A DNA stretch of 63,643 nucleotides from Octopus bimaculoides (Eukaryota): assembly GCF_001194135.2 (NCBI RefSeq), contig NC_068995.1, forward strand, positions 28,589,486 through 28,653,128, given 5' to 3'. A program made the translations under genes and the position numbers. Every line of letters starts with the position of its first letter. Position 1 is the first letter of the stretch. Positions 22,421-35,183 of this stretch are shown here, piece by piece. The notes beneath the pieces were generated by a model that saw nothing but the letters and a program-made list of their open reading frames with translations, did no database searches and was not told where the DNA came from.

Positions 22421-25400
22421 TATGGCGGGCGACGACTGAGTGCTGGAATGGCACGGCCTCAGTCTTGAATAAGACTTTGACCCCGCCGAACTGCTTCGTC
22501 CGTGATATATGTCCTGCGATATCTCGTGTAGGACCCTTTCAATCTGAACGTTTGAAGCCGTTTCCAGACATTGAGACTTGAAGTTAATGGAACAGCAAGA
22601 CACTAATCCTCTAAATTGCTAAAGAGAAACATCCACCAATGCCATTTCCCGAATAGTAGAAGGCTGTAAGCGCCTGACGACATTCTAGGTGCCAGGCGCG
22701 CAGTCTTGGTCTTTACTTCATTCAGAGCTGCAGCTCCATCAAAGAGACGAGCAGCAGATAGCTGCCTCACAAACGGAGCCCACACACGCTCACTATCCAG
22801 AAATCGTTGCAGGTGGCGGAACCTAAGAGCGTGTCTGCGCATTAGAAGCCAAGGCATACCTAATCCGTCAGTCAGAGGGTGCTGGCAACAGACTAATCAC
22901 ATGATCATTGGAACGCCTCATTTCCTCAAGAAATTAGATAAGAGACGCTCTAACTTGGTCAAGCAATAACTAGGACAAGGCACGACAGCCAGACGATAAA
23001 CGATAACGGAGGCGATGTAGGCATTCGTCACCTTTGCACGACCTTTCTGGGACAGCTTCTTCTCAGGCCATTTCTGAGTAAGCCTGGCCACCCTATTTAT
23101 CACCTCGTCCCAGTTCTTATCCACCTGGAAGTCAGGACCAAACCAGACCCCGAGCGGTTTAACTGGTTCGTCGGTCCAGTGTCCGACGACGCCGTCTGAT
23201 GGCATCGATCTGCCTCTCCAGGAGCCCAGCTGCAAACCCATCGACTTGTCGGCGTTGATTTTGGACCCTGCAACCGACTCATATTCCCCTAGAATAGAGC
23301 CGAATGTCTCCATTTCGGAGGCGTCCGACACCATGACGGTAACGTCTTCCGCGTACGCCAAAACTGCCCTTCTGTGACCTAGTTTGAAAGGGATGCCCCT
23401 TAACTGTTCCGCAGCAGTGGCTCGAGAGCCAATACATGCAAAAGAGGTGACATTGGGCAGCCCTGATGGACTGAGCGTGCGATGCTAAACGGTTACGATA
23501 GATGGCTGTTTACTTTGACCACTGAGCAGGTGCCACTGTGCATTGCAGCGATCCAGCCTATGAAAACGGGTCCGAAACTGCCTCCTTCGAGGACGGCTTC
23601 CAAGTAGCGATGGAGGGACTCTATCGAATGCTTTGGATCCTGACCAGGCTAACTACTACAAGCGCCAACCCTTTCGCTAACATCTTGGCCAAAATCTTAA
23701 ACTCTATATTTAGCAGAGTTATGGACTGAAAATTCCTTAGTGCATCCCCGTTGTCGGCATCCTTCCTTAGCTGTGTCACCACATATCGGCTAACAACACT
23801 AGGAATTCTTCCGTTTTGTTGCCAGTTGCAGTAGACGTCTTCTAAAAGGTCGTCAAACAAATCTGGCATGAATACATAGAATTCATAGGGCATACCACCC
23901 ACACCTGATGATTTGCGACTTGTGCAATCACTCATCGCTTCTTGAATTTCAGTGGTTGCTTTCGGCTTTTCACGTAACTTCACATCAGCTGCCGAGAGCC
24001 GCAGCAGACGGTCCAGGTACGAACCATAGTCCCCTTTCGTCGTCGACCCATCACCCTCAAACAGTTGCGTGAAGTGCTGCTGGAAAGCTGAACACATCTA
24101 TTCGAAGCCGAGTAGCACGCGCCCATCCTGATTCGTCAAAGATTGCACTTTTGTTTCCATGTTGCGTCTCCACCGTTCGGGCCCATTGGACAGTTTTAGT
24201 TCCTTCGTGTTTTAGATCACAGACCTTAGCTCTGACAACGCAACCTTCGTGTTTCGCCATCCTTGCGCTAACACATCGGTCGCGATGCCCTTACTAATCG
24301 CCTCTTCTAATTGGCTAACTAGTTCACTCTGTAATCTATTTCTTTCTAATGCTAAATTTTTGCTAAACGCTATCGATTCTGTTCTAATCGCCCTCTTCAG
24401 AGTGACCCACAACCTTGACGCTTTCCCCTGTCAACTGTCACTTTACTAGTTCACTAATCTGGTCCCTGTAGTTTGGAAAGGACGCATTCAGCCTACAGGA
24501 CGCATTCAACTACGGCTCTTATTTAATTCGACTGACCTACCCACTGACCTAACAAATACTCTATCTAGATACGATCTGGATGTCCCATTGTGGTTGCTCC
24601 ATGTGTACACTGACATATCAGAGAAATCCAGTCGATACTTGCCAGACTATTGGAAGTTTCTCAGCAGGTTTTCGAAGGTTTTCGAGGCTTTTACACCCGC
24701 TTCTTCTATCTACTAGTCCCAAACAGTCCTTCGTGCGTTCAAAACACTATTCCAGTCCCCCACTAGTACTAAAGTGTGAGACGTTCTCAGGAAAATTTCA
24801 AGTCGCCTGAAGAAATATGGCCTTCCAGCCCCTGTTGGGGCATAAACGGCCACTAGTTTAAAGGCTCCACCTTCACTGCCATTAACATCTAGGGCCACCA
24901 ACCTACCGCCCGGGTCTAAGAAGATTACTCGTAGTTTTCGGAATAGCACTGCTATCCCCGCCGCCCGCTCTCGACAGACCAAATGATGAGAATATCTCAT
25001 AGCCTTCGAGAATGGGCGCTAGTGCTTGCTCATTAGAAATCCTTAACTCACTAATTGTTGCAACATCTAAATCGAGCGACCTGAGGTCGTTGAGCAAGCA
25101 ACCTTGCTTCCAAGCTGATCCCAAGTCATTCTCATTTACACACCACATTTTCGGAGCTCACATGTCAGCAGGAAAAAGAAAACAGGGAAGATCAAACACC
25201 TTGATTTTTTAGATGCCCAGGTATTCTGGACCTCTGTCTGAGTGACTGTTCTGAAAAGTCCTTCTAACAGTCTTTTGTCAATAATAAAAAAAAAAATTTC
25301 CCTCATTAGCTGAGTATTTTTCTCGAACTGCCCTATAAATGTCTGCTGATGTTTTAATTAACAGTCTGTCTTTCGGGGTTTTTGAGAATAGAATTCTCAA

Positions 25401-26280
25401 ATTACTCTCCCTCTGTTTCGATTTTATTCTTATTTTCCATGAGATAATCCATTTAGATACTGTTGAGTTTGTTCACAACTGTAAAATTGATGCATGCATT
25501 CTGAGTTGGGTTTAAATTTTCAACAGATTTTGTCTGATTGTAATTTGTGTTTATTTGTTGTTGCTTTTGTTGAAGTTCATTTTGCTGTCGTTGTTGATGT
25601 TGCTGTTGTCGAGGCTGTTGTTTTTGTTGTTGATGTTGCTGCTATTGTTGTTGAGATGGTTGTGAAGTGGGTTGAAGGTGAAGGTTTTGTGTTTGAAGCT
25701 GCGTGTGTTGAGCTTTTGGAGTGGGGCTCTGAACCCTCCTCTTTTTTCGGTTCGCCTCTTTGGAGACGGTTTGCCATCCTTCGACCTTTCTTCTCCAAAT
25801 CATTCTCCGAGGAATTGGTGGGAGATGGGGAAATCTGGTCGAAAGAGGAATGTTGTTTGGTTGCAGAGCGGGACATTTGGGAAGAGCTTTCTCTTCAGCG
25901 GAAGCTTTTCTGCTGCCAAGGTTTGGGTGTAGGGGTCCTGACTCGCTCTTGGCGCTCAACTAGATGCGGTCCTCGAGTTTTCAACAACGATGGTTTCTGT
26001 TTCTTTAATTGAGGGTATACAGCTTTTTGATGGGTTGTACTTGTGCAGAAGTAACACTTAGCTTTTCTGTCCTCAATCACAATTCTTACGGGCTCCGCGC
26101 CTTCCACGTAAATCAGATCAGGGATCATATGAAAGTTTTCTGCAATCAGCAGCATTCCCACTTTCATCCGTGCCGCCGACCAATTTTCTTTCGGAGTGGA
26201 TTTCAAATTCAAAATATCGCCATATTCATCCAGAATCATCCTAAAATACTGGATGTTAATCCCCGGAGGCACATTTTGGG
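22421..26280 (-). mobile_element. Tx1-like LINE, ORF1 + ORF2 (EN, RT), truncated at both ends, degraded
   Basis: ORF1 IPDLIYVEGAEPVRIVIEDRKAKCYFCTSTTHQKAVYP; ORF2 LLNDLRSLDLDV, LVAVYAPT, LVGDWNS, QSITLLNIEFKILAK, YAED near 23345, HALRFRHL. Confidence 0.92.
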
Positions 26281-26845
26281 TAATTTTAGCCAATCGTAAG
26301 CCACAAACTCATTCATGTCTGTTTCCATAGTAACAAGCCAAACATGAAAACTCTTTTGTGTGCGAGAAAGCAAATGTGTTGACAAATATAGTCTATTCAT
26401 TGAGGTAGTGGTGTGATGTGCTAAAAATAACAGCTAAATAGGCCTTAAATCATGGACCCCCAGATATTTTGTTTTGCTTTTTGAATAATCGTATGAATTC
26501 CTGTGTGTAAAATACAAATTCGCAAAAGTTTTCTGAAAGTTACAAAAAATAAAAAAACTATGAGGGGTTATATGGCGTGCATAAAGCAGAATTCTGCCAG
26601 TATTTCATTTGTTTACAGTTGACAACACATGCTGTCACGCACAAAATAACAGCTTCCAAATCCTGTTTTCTGACTGGGTGGAAATTATCACACTTTAAAC
26701 CTCTATAACTATTTTAGAATTTTTTTTCTGGAAAAAGTGAAATATCTCCTGAAATCCAGCTTAGAAAGCTACATTAATATACCAAATTTAAAAATTTTGA
26801 ATAAAATTTGAATTTTCGAAAATTTGGCAGCCAAACTGGAAAGAT
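26272..26845. mobile_element. Long imperfect-TIR MITE (possibly Kolobok-like); left end cut off by the Tx1 junction
   Basis: Left part matches 6850-7110; right end tttggcagccaaactggaaagat is the inverse of gatctttttcaatttggttgccaaa at 6684; no TSD visible. Confidence 0.55.
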
Positions 26846-26879
26846 ATGCTACTGCTGCTGCTGTTGTTGCTCTTGGTAG

Positions 26880-27910
26880 AGGAGGACGTGGTTTCGTTTA
26901 ACTTCTCGAAAACGTGTTTGGTGCATTATGCTGCGTACACCAAATGGGAATCTCTACACGTTTACCCTTCCGTATAAATCATAACATTTCTGTTATGATT
27001 CCCGATGGAATTGACTTGACTCATGTTGTTGCACAATGAACAGGGCTTACCTCTCTTCCAGCTGTTTTTCAAAGTACAGTATGCAGAAACCCCAATATTA
27101 ATTTTCTTGGAGTTAGAAGTAGAGGTTAATAGTTCTGTTACATTTTATTCCGTCTAAAGACTACAATAGGCGGCTGAGGGAATATTTGTTTGAAGCGAGA
27201 ATATTTTTCCGCAACATGCTGGTAACTTTCATGTAACACTTTTGATATACCAGTGAAATTTCGGTGCCAGTTAAACACTAAAGGAATTTTGTCACATATT
27301 TGTTTGCTAGAATTAGGCGTGAAAGTTTGACTTTCCTTGCTAATCTTAGCTATGTCCTTTGCAATTTCCATTAATCATGATTCACTGTAACCGCGTTTGA
27401 CTTAGTGGTGTACAAAAGCATTTTCATGTTTCCAGTAATCACCTATGTCAGTACAAATCCGTTTTATCCTAAAAGATGGGATTTCGGATTTGAGCGAATT
27501 ATATGTGGTGGAGGCAAAATGTGGGATGATGTAGGGTTGCAAAATAACTCTGTCACTATTCTGCCTCCAGAAAACTTAACTTTTGTGTCCAAAAATTCAA
27601 CGCTAGTTTTTGAAAAACTAGTCGTAAATTTTATGTCGGACATAGCTTTTAGTGTAACAGTCACAGAAATGCAAGAAGTCAAACTATCTTGTGATCCTCC
27701 CCAGACAAAAAAGATGTCATCAATGAACCGTAACCAGAGTATTGGTTCATGGCCATGTAGGGATTTGAATGCCTTCAGTAGCTGTGCTTCGAATTTCATC
27801 ATGAAGACATTAGTGAAATTAACTGCCATGGGCGTACCAAGGCGCAACCCCTCGTCTGGTGGTAAATTTTTTGTCCAAACTTCACTATTTGCCTATCTGA
27901 AGTTTAGTAG
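26880..27910 (-). mobile_element. Penelope-like element fragment (RT C-half + GIY-YIG remnant)
   Basis: KFGQKIYHQTRGCALGTPMAVNFTNVFM, WLRFIDDIFFVW, FLDTKV, IPLVFNWH, FPQPPIVVFRRNK, TCRDSHLVYAA*CTK. Confidence 0.9.
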
Positions 27911-27923
27911 TTTAGTATATGTG

Positions 27924-27971
<48 letters not shown>

Positions 27972-28191
27972 CGTGTATATATTTCGGTAATAAGGATCCA
28001 TAAAAAATCAAGGCATATCAACGTGAAGCACGCCAGCAATTGGCTAGACAGAATCACGCAAAGCAGACACTAAAATAATTCATTATCAGTGCAGAAAGCA
28101 TCGATGAAGTTAAGACACTGCTTTTGGGTAATCCGCCATTCTAGTTGTATTCAACGTATTCAACGAAGAATAAAACGTAGTGTGGCATAAA

Positions 28192-28338
28192 ATAAAATAA
28201 AAACAAGTGAATGGATTTCCGAGTGTTGTTACGACTCTTTCTTTAGGAGTTTTATTTATGCTTACATCAAAATAAAAAAATTCCCAACGAAACAATTGTA
28301 GCAACACTCGGAAATCCATTCGTTTGTTTTTATTTTAT
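28192..28338. mobile_element. Small hairpin MITE with ~43-bp TIRs
   Basis: ataaaataaaaacaagtgaatggatttccgagtgttg is mirrored by caacactcggaaatccattcgtttgtttttattttat. Confidence 0.8.
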
Positions 28339-28346
28339 ATATGTGA

Positions 28347-28379
<33 letters not shown>

Positions 28380-29519
28380 TGTATGTGCGCACATCCGTTT
28401 GTGTGTGCGCTCGCGTTTGTTGCGTGTGTATGTGTGTATACACATATGCATGTGTATGTATATATGTATGTGCACACACACACACACATACACACACACA
28501 TGTTTAGAGTTCAAATTTACAGAATACAAAAGACTAAGATGAAGACAAGCAGGAAAAAATGGAAAAGTCTTTTACGTTTCGAGCCTACGCTCTTGAACGT
28601 AAAGGATTAAAAAGAAATAAATAGAGAGAGAATGAAAAAAAAAAACAAAGAAAAGCTGTGCTGAGTACAGTTCAACGATCCAACATGGCGGGATGACTGG
28701 AAAAAAAAGGCTGAATGAAAGGGAGTAATAATAACGGTAATGGTGACTCCCAACGGACTAAGGTGCGCAAGCATGTGTGTGTATGTGAGAATAGTGTGTG
28801 TGAGTGTGTGTGTGTGTGAATGAGGGCGTTTGAGTACATATGTGTGGGTGAGTGTGCGTGTGTATGTGTGTGTGCGTATGAACGTGTGTATATGTCTGAG
28901 TATGCGTATGGACGTGTGTATATGTGTGGAGCTAACATGCGAATGTGTTATGTGTAGCTGTCGATGTGTGCTTGTTCAGGTGGTGTGTGCACATGTGTAT
29001 GTGTGTGTGTGTGTGTATGCGTGTCTGTCTGTTACCAAATAGTGTACATGTGTATAGTGTATGTTTATGGGCGAAAGCTATCTTTGTTTATGCGTGTTGC
29101 GTGTGTTTATGCGTGTTGCAAGTGTGTGTATATATATTGTCTGTGTTCAGGCATTATGTGCTTGTGTTAGTGTGGAACTGTGATGGATGGTGTGTGGTGT
29201 TTGTACTGAGTTAAACATTGTGTGTGGTTGATCGTATAGTGCTATGTATGGTGACGTTATTGAAGATTGTGTGTGAGTATGTGGATAATGGTATATGGTG
29301 TGGGTGCTGAGAAGCGTTCGGTGATAGTGTATGTGGAGTGGGAAGGTACTGTGCGTGTGTGTAATGGTGTGTGAAGTGAGTAATGAGTTGAAAAGTGTGT
29401 ATGGGTGTTTGTATAATGGTGTGAGGTTGGTGAGGATACCGAGGTAGGCGGTATCTAGGGGAGTGGGTGGAGGGGAGAGTTGAATGTGGGAGGTATATGG
29501 GAATCCGTGTGGGGTTGGT

Positions 29520-31400
29520 GTCAGATGAAGAGAAGTAGTGAGCTGAGCCCATATGGCGCAAAGGAACGAAGAAAGATTATTTCTTGTTCACTGCAAAGGC
29601 GGGAGTTCGGGTGATCCCTATGCAGAAACAGTTCGACAGATGTTGTAGCGAATGACCGGTTGAGTGGCACGAGACCGGGGTGTCATTGCCGAGTCTGATG
29701 TCTCGGAGATGCTCCGCGAATCGGCTAGCCAAGAGGCGTCCTCTTTGACCAATGTACAGGGAAAGACAGAGAGAACAGATGCAGTAAATAACATTACTAG
29801 AGGTTCAGGTAAAGGAGTCGATGATGTAATAGGGACGATGATGGGTGCCAGTGTGGATGGTGGTGTTGGAGAAGTAGGGGCGAGAGCAGGGGAAGGTGCC
29901 AGGCTGGGAAGCAGGGTAGGGAAGAAACTGTAAACCAGGAGGTCACGCAGATTAAGGGCTCGTTTGAAGGAGGGAAGAGGGAGGTTCGAGAAGATGTGCT
30001 AGGTGGAGGGGTCGGACTAGGGTCGCCGGAGGGCTCGGAAAATGTTGCGTTGGAGGGGTGGGGTGGAGAGGTGGTAGGTGAAGGGAAACGGGAAAGGTGG
30101 AGCGAGTGCGAAGAGAAAAAGCAGAGGCACAATCCACAGATCATGCCTGGGCAAGGACAGTGTGGATAATGGTGAGGGGATAACTACGTAGGATGAAGTG
30201 GTGTGCCATGAATTGAGACTGAGTCTCAAAGTCACTGCAGAGCCTGCGTAAATGGAGGAATTTGGGAGAGTAGAAGATGGAAAGCTTGGTGTGGGTATAA
30301 TGGGAGGAGGAGAAGTTAAGGTAGGAGTGTGAGTCTCTCACCACATCCATCTACTACAAACAGTAGTAGATGGAGGTGGTGTATGCTGACAGAAATGTCG
30401 AGAAATCCTACGGAAGAGTTAGAGATAGTGCAGGTGAATTCGAGGGCATGATAGAAGGATTGGACAAAGGAGAGGAAAGATTTCAGAGGTTCGCAGGAGA
30501 GTGAGGTCACGATATAACGACCGTATAGCTCGGGAGTGGGACCAGTAAATTGTGGGAATATTTGGGCCTCAGCATAGCCAACGAACAAGTTCGCATAGTT
30601 GGGGCTCATTCTTGTTCCCATGGCCACTTCCGAGACCTATTGATAAAACTCACCCGCGAACGAGAAGTAGTTGAGGGAGGAGACAAGTTCGATCAAACGA
30701 AGAAATATGGAGGTGACAAGTTGAGGGTCTGGCTGAAGGTCAAGGAAGTGTTTAAGTACAAGAAGGCCTTCGCTGTATGGGATCCCTGTATACAAAAATT
30801 TAATGTTGAGAGTGAACAGAAGTTGAGAGGAGCCAGAAGGGAAGGAGAAAGTTAAACAGACTGAGTGCATGATTGCTGCTGTGAATATGTGAGGGGAGGG
30901 AAGCCACTAATGGGGCAAGGATACGGTCGAAGTATTTGGAGATCCTTTCATTACAGTTGCAGGCGGGGACGATGGATTGGCTAGGGTTGTTGGGCTTGTG
31001 GATTTTGGGAAGGAAGTAAATAGTGGGGGTACGTGTGGTACGGACAATGAGGTTAGAGACGGTGGGAGCGAGACAGGAGGAGGGATTGAAGTTATGAATA
31101 GTGGAAGACACAGTCTATTGGCAGATGGGCGTGGGGCTGAAGGGCAGAGGGCAATCGAAGGAAGTGTCTTGAAGTTGACGGAGAGCTTCAGTCATGAAAA
31201 GGTCTGTGCTCCACACCACTACAGCTTCACCCTTGTCGGCCGGTTTGATGACGATATCTTTACCGCTCCGGAGACATCGAAATGCCGGGTAGATGTTGAA
31301 ATGTCGGAGACGCTTTCGGATAAAATGTTTTGCAGCATTTGATTAAGGCACCGAATACCCGTGTTCAAGTCCGGTCAGTATAAACTTTAAGCTACATTAC
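29520..31400 (-). mobile_element. Second, distinct Penelope-like element (RT + degraded GIY-YIG), with a CA-rich 3' tract extending toward ~28560
   Basis: TPTIYFLPKIHKPNNP, LYTGIPYSEGL, AMGTRMSPNYANLFVG, VGFLDISV, terminal EQEIIFLRSFAPYGL. Confidence 0.88.
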
Positions 31401-31636
31401 TTCAGGAGCGGTAAATTATGCAATAGCCCAGTCCACTGCTGGAGTAATTCCTTATTTTTCTCTGTGAGCAGACGTGGAGATTTTCTGCTATTTTTAACTG
31501 CCCAGGATATGTAGGAGAAAATAAGGGCGCACCTATAACTATGAGGAATATATATATATTAAATTTAAATGTTGAAGTGAATCTAACGGATTTTGTGTGT
31601 TATTTTAAATGGCTTATAAACACCTTCCACGCTGCA

Positions 31637-31831
<195 letters not shown>

Positions 31832-32103
31832 TCTGCAGGTTATACTTGTTAGATTGAAGTCTCAGAAAATATTTCAATGTGATGCATATTTTAACAATTT
31901 CCATTCGCTGAAAGGCTAGGTTGCAGTTTTTACAATAAAGGGTCACGCAATACCTAAAAGGGTAAGTCTAGACATACACATGACAAACTTTGTGTAGAAT
32001 CATGCAAAATGTTTTTAGTGCACAGCTGTCTGCGCCTCGTCTGAATGTGTGAGTGTGTGTGTGCTGGTGTGTGTATTTATGCATATATAAGCATATGTAT
32101 CCC

Positions 32104-32157
<54 letters not shown>

Positions 32158-32360
32158 TACACACACATACATACGGATAATTTTGCTTGCGTATATGTGT
32201 GAGAGAGAGAAAGAGAGCGGGCGTATGTGTAAGGTTAAACGAAACTAATCACGTTTATAATATATATTTCATACCTACATACACACATATCTATCTATCT
32301 GTCTGTCTGTCTGTCTGCCTGTCTGCCTGCCTGCCTGTCTGTCTGTCTGTCTGTCTGTCC

Positions 32361-32440
<80 letters not shown>

Positions 32441-32625
32441 GTATCTATCTATTATATATCTAGTATNNNNNNNNNNNNNNNNNNNNNNNNNNNNNNNNNN
32501 NNNNNNNNNNNNNNNNNNNNNNNNNNNNNNNNNNNNNNNNNNNNNNNNNNNNNNNNNNNNNNNNNNNNNNNNNNNNNNNNNNNNNNNNNNNNNNNNNNNN
32601 TATATATATATATATATATGTGTGT

Positions 32626-32662
<37 letters not shown>

Positions 32663-33150
32663 TTTGTGTATACGGACGATATATATATATATATATATAT
32701 ATTTATATGCGTACATATCTATCAATTGCACACACACCACACACATACACGCACACACATACACGCACACACATATACCCACACACGTACACAGACACGC
32801 GCGCGCACACACACATACGCACACACACACACGCACACACACTGTAAGAATCGACAATCGTGCATGCATGCACACACACAAATATACATAAATATAAATT
32901 GTACTAATGCGGGGTTGTTAAATGTAAATATTAAATATATGATAAGTAAAAGAAAATCAATTGATAATAACTTGAAAAATTGAAGAGGAGATAACTGCTG
33001 TGACAACGAATGATAACGTATGTGTTGCTAACGTATGTTATTATTCGCTTCACAGACATTTCACTGGACTCAATGAGAGCGTGAGTTGGCGTTGTGTTGC
33101 CTTCACCGTGTGCTTTATACAGTGATCTGAATTAAACCATTTTCACCAAC

Positions 33151-33220
33151 ATGACCGAATGTACACAGGAATACTTGGAGGAGAAGTTCAGACAGTTTAG
33201 GGACCCAAACTCGGAGGAGG
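33151..33220 (+). CDS. Probable first coding exon of an unidentified host gene: MTECTQEYLEEKFRQFRDPNSEE (phase-1 donor)
   Basis: ATG in context caccaacATGa, in-frame upstream TAA at 33133, donor GG|GTGAGT at 33221, candidate acceptors ttcacag|33056 (branch-like GCTAAC at 33027) and tttatacag|33123; non-repetitive sequence. Confidence 0.6.
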
Positions 33221-34479
33221 GTGAGTAAAAAACATGTTTTGATATCTTTCTATTCATATATCTTCCATCTTACTCTCTTACTGAGTTCACCTACTTCTCA
33301 CCCAGCCTATGAAGGAACCCCTATTGAGTGACTTCATTTGCTAGAAATAGCAGGCGAATAGCCTTAAGATTATACCTACTGGTCCTACAAAACATGGACA
33401 CATTGAATTATGTCGAGTGATTCGTTATTCCTTAAAAATGACCTGATTCAGACCCTACTTGTGACAAAACAACAAACTATTTCAGGTGTGTGTATTTGTG
33501 TGTGTGTGTGTTTATGTATGAATTAATGTATGTATCTATATATCTATACACACACACATACATATAAACGTGTGTACAATATATATATATATATATANNN
33601 NNNNNNNNNNNNNNNNNNNNNNNNNNNNNNNNNNNNNNNNNNNNNNNNNNNNNNNNNNNNNNNNNNNNNNNNNNNNNNNNNNNNNNNNNNNNNNNNNNNN
33701 NNNNNNNNNNNNNNNNNNNNNNNNNNNNNNNNNNNNNNNNNNNNNNNNNNNNNNNNNNNNNNNNNNNNNNNNNNNNNNNNNNNNNNNNNNNNNNNNNNNN
33801 NNNNNNNNNNNNNNNNNNNNNNNNNNNNNNNNNNNNNNNNNNNNNNNNNNNNNNNNNNNNNNNNNNNNNNNNNNNNNNNNNNNNNNNNNNNNNNNNNNNN
33901 NNNNNNNNNNNNNNNNNNNNNNNNNNNNNNNNNNNNNNNNNNNNNNNNNNNNNNNNNNNNNNNNNNNNNNNNNNNNNNNNNNNNNNNNNNNNNNNNNNNN
34001 NNNNNNNNNNNNNNNNNNNNNNNNNNNNNNNNNNNNNNNNNNNNNNNNNNNNNNNNNNNNNNNNNNNNNNNNNNNNNNNNNNNNNNNNNNNNNNNNNNNN
34101 NNNNNNNNNNNNNNNNNNNNNNNNNNNNNNNNNNNNNNNNNNNNNNNNNNNNNNNNNNNNNNNNNNNNNNNNNNNNNNNNNNNNNNNNNNNNNNNNNNNN
34201 NNNNNNNNNNNNNNNNNNNNNNNNNNNNNNNNNNNNNNNNNNNNNNNNNNNNNNNNNNNNNNNNNNNNNNNNNNNNNNNNNNNNNNNNNNNNNNNNNNNN
34301 NNNNNNNNNNNNNNNNNNNNNNNNNNNNNNNNNNNNNNNNNNNNNNNNNNNNNNNNNNNNNNNNNNNNNNNNNNNNNNNNNNNNNNNNNNNNNNNNNNNN
34401 NNNNNNNNNNNNNNNNNNNNNNNNNNNNNNNNNNNNNNNNNNNNNNNNNNNNNNNNNNNNNNNNNNNNNNNNNNNNNNN

Positions 34480-34518
<39 letters not shown>

Positions 34519-34856
34519 TACATACACGCACACGCACACACATATATAGATATATACATATATGTATGTGTATGTGTTATAATTTGCGTGTGACACACTA
34601 GATGGCCTGATACTAATATATTATTACTACCACTGTAACGTATTGTAGAACAGCTTGGTTAAAATTTTCAGTTGATACCCTACCACCCTTCCATACAATA
34701 TGTAAATAAAACATTTGTCCCAGTTTTCTCGTGACATTTAGAAATGTATCTCACTTGTATGTGTAGGTGAATTTTAGCTCAAGTAGGATGGTCGAATATA
34801 ATATAAGGGAAAATATAATATAATATAAAATAATATATATATACATATATATTGTG

Positions 34857-34902
<46 letters not shown>

Positions 34903-35132
34903 ATATATATGTACATTTATATGTTTTTGTGTGTTTCTCTATGTGAGCATGTTTCAAAATTATGTAGTTTAGGGTTCAAGCGGAATGTGTGGTATTTAAA
35001 ACTTCCGCCATTGTTTCGTGTCAGTGAAAGCATTGTGCATGAAATTTGCTGTATGTAATCCGACTGTAACGTTATTGGAAGAAGTGTTACTGTTTTTATG
35101 CAGTAAACTTTTGTTGTTGCCGTATCTAACAG

Positions 35133-35183
35133 CACTACGTGACCCGACCTTGGGTGCTTTTAGGAGGGCCTACTCTATTCTAA
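35133..35183 (+). CDS. Candidate second coding exon (51 nt, phase 1-1): (A)LRDPTLGAFRRAYSIL
   Basis: Acceptor ttttgttgttgccgtatctaacag|, donor AA|GTATTT, frame and phase compatible with 33151-33220. Confidence 0.4.
   Translation, partial: HYVTRPWVLLGGPTLF

Noticed and set aside
25895-26293. ORF start MAKITQ as the real ORF1 N-terminus
   Set aside because: It is a TTG start in MITE-derived sequence; chimeric junction
27405-28073. 222-aa plus-strand ORF
   Set aside because: Antisense shadow of the Penelope RT plus a microsatellite
28562-28608. Minus-strand ttcaaga-gcgtaggctc-gaaacgt as a hammerhead
   Set aside because: The position suits a PLE 3' end, but the CUGANGA box and helix registers are too degenerate to call
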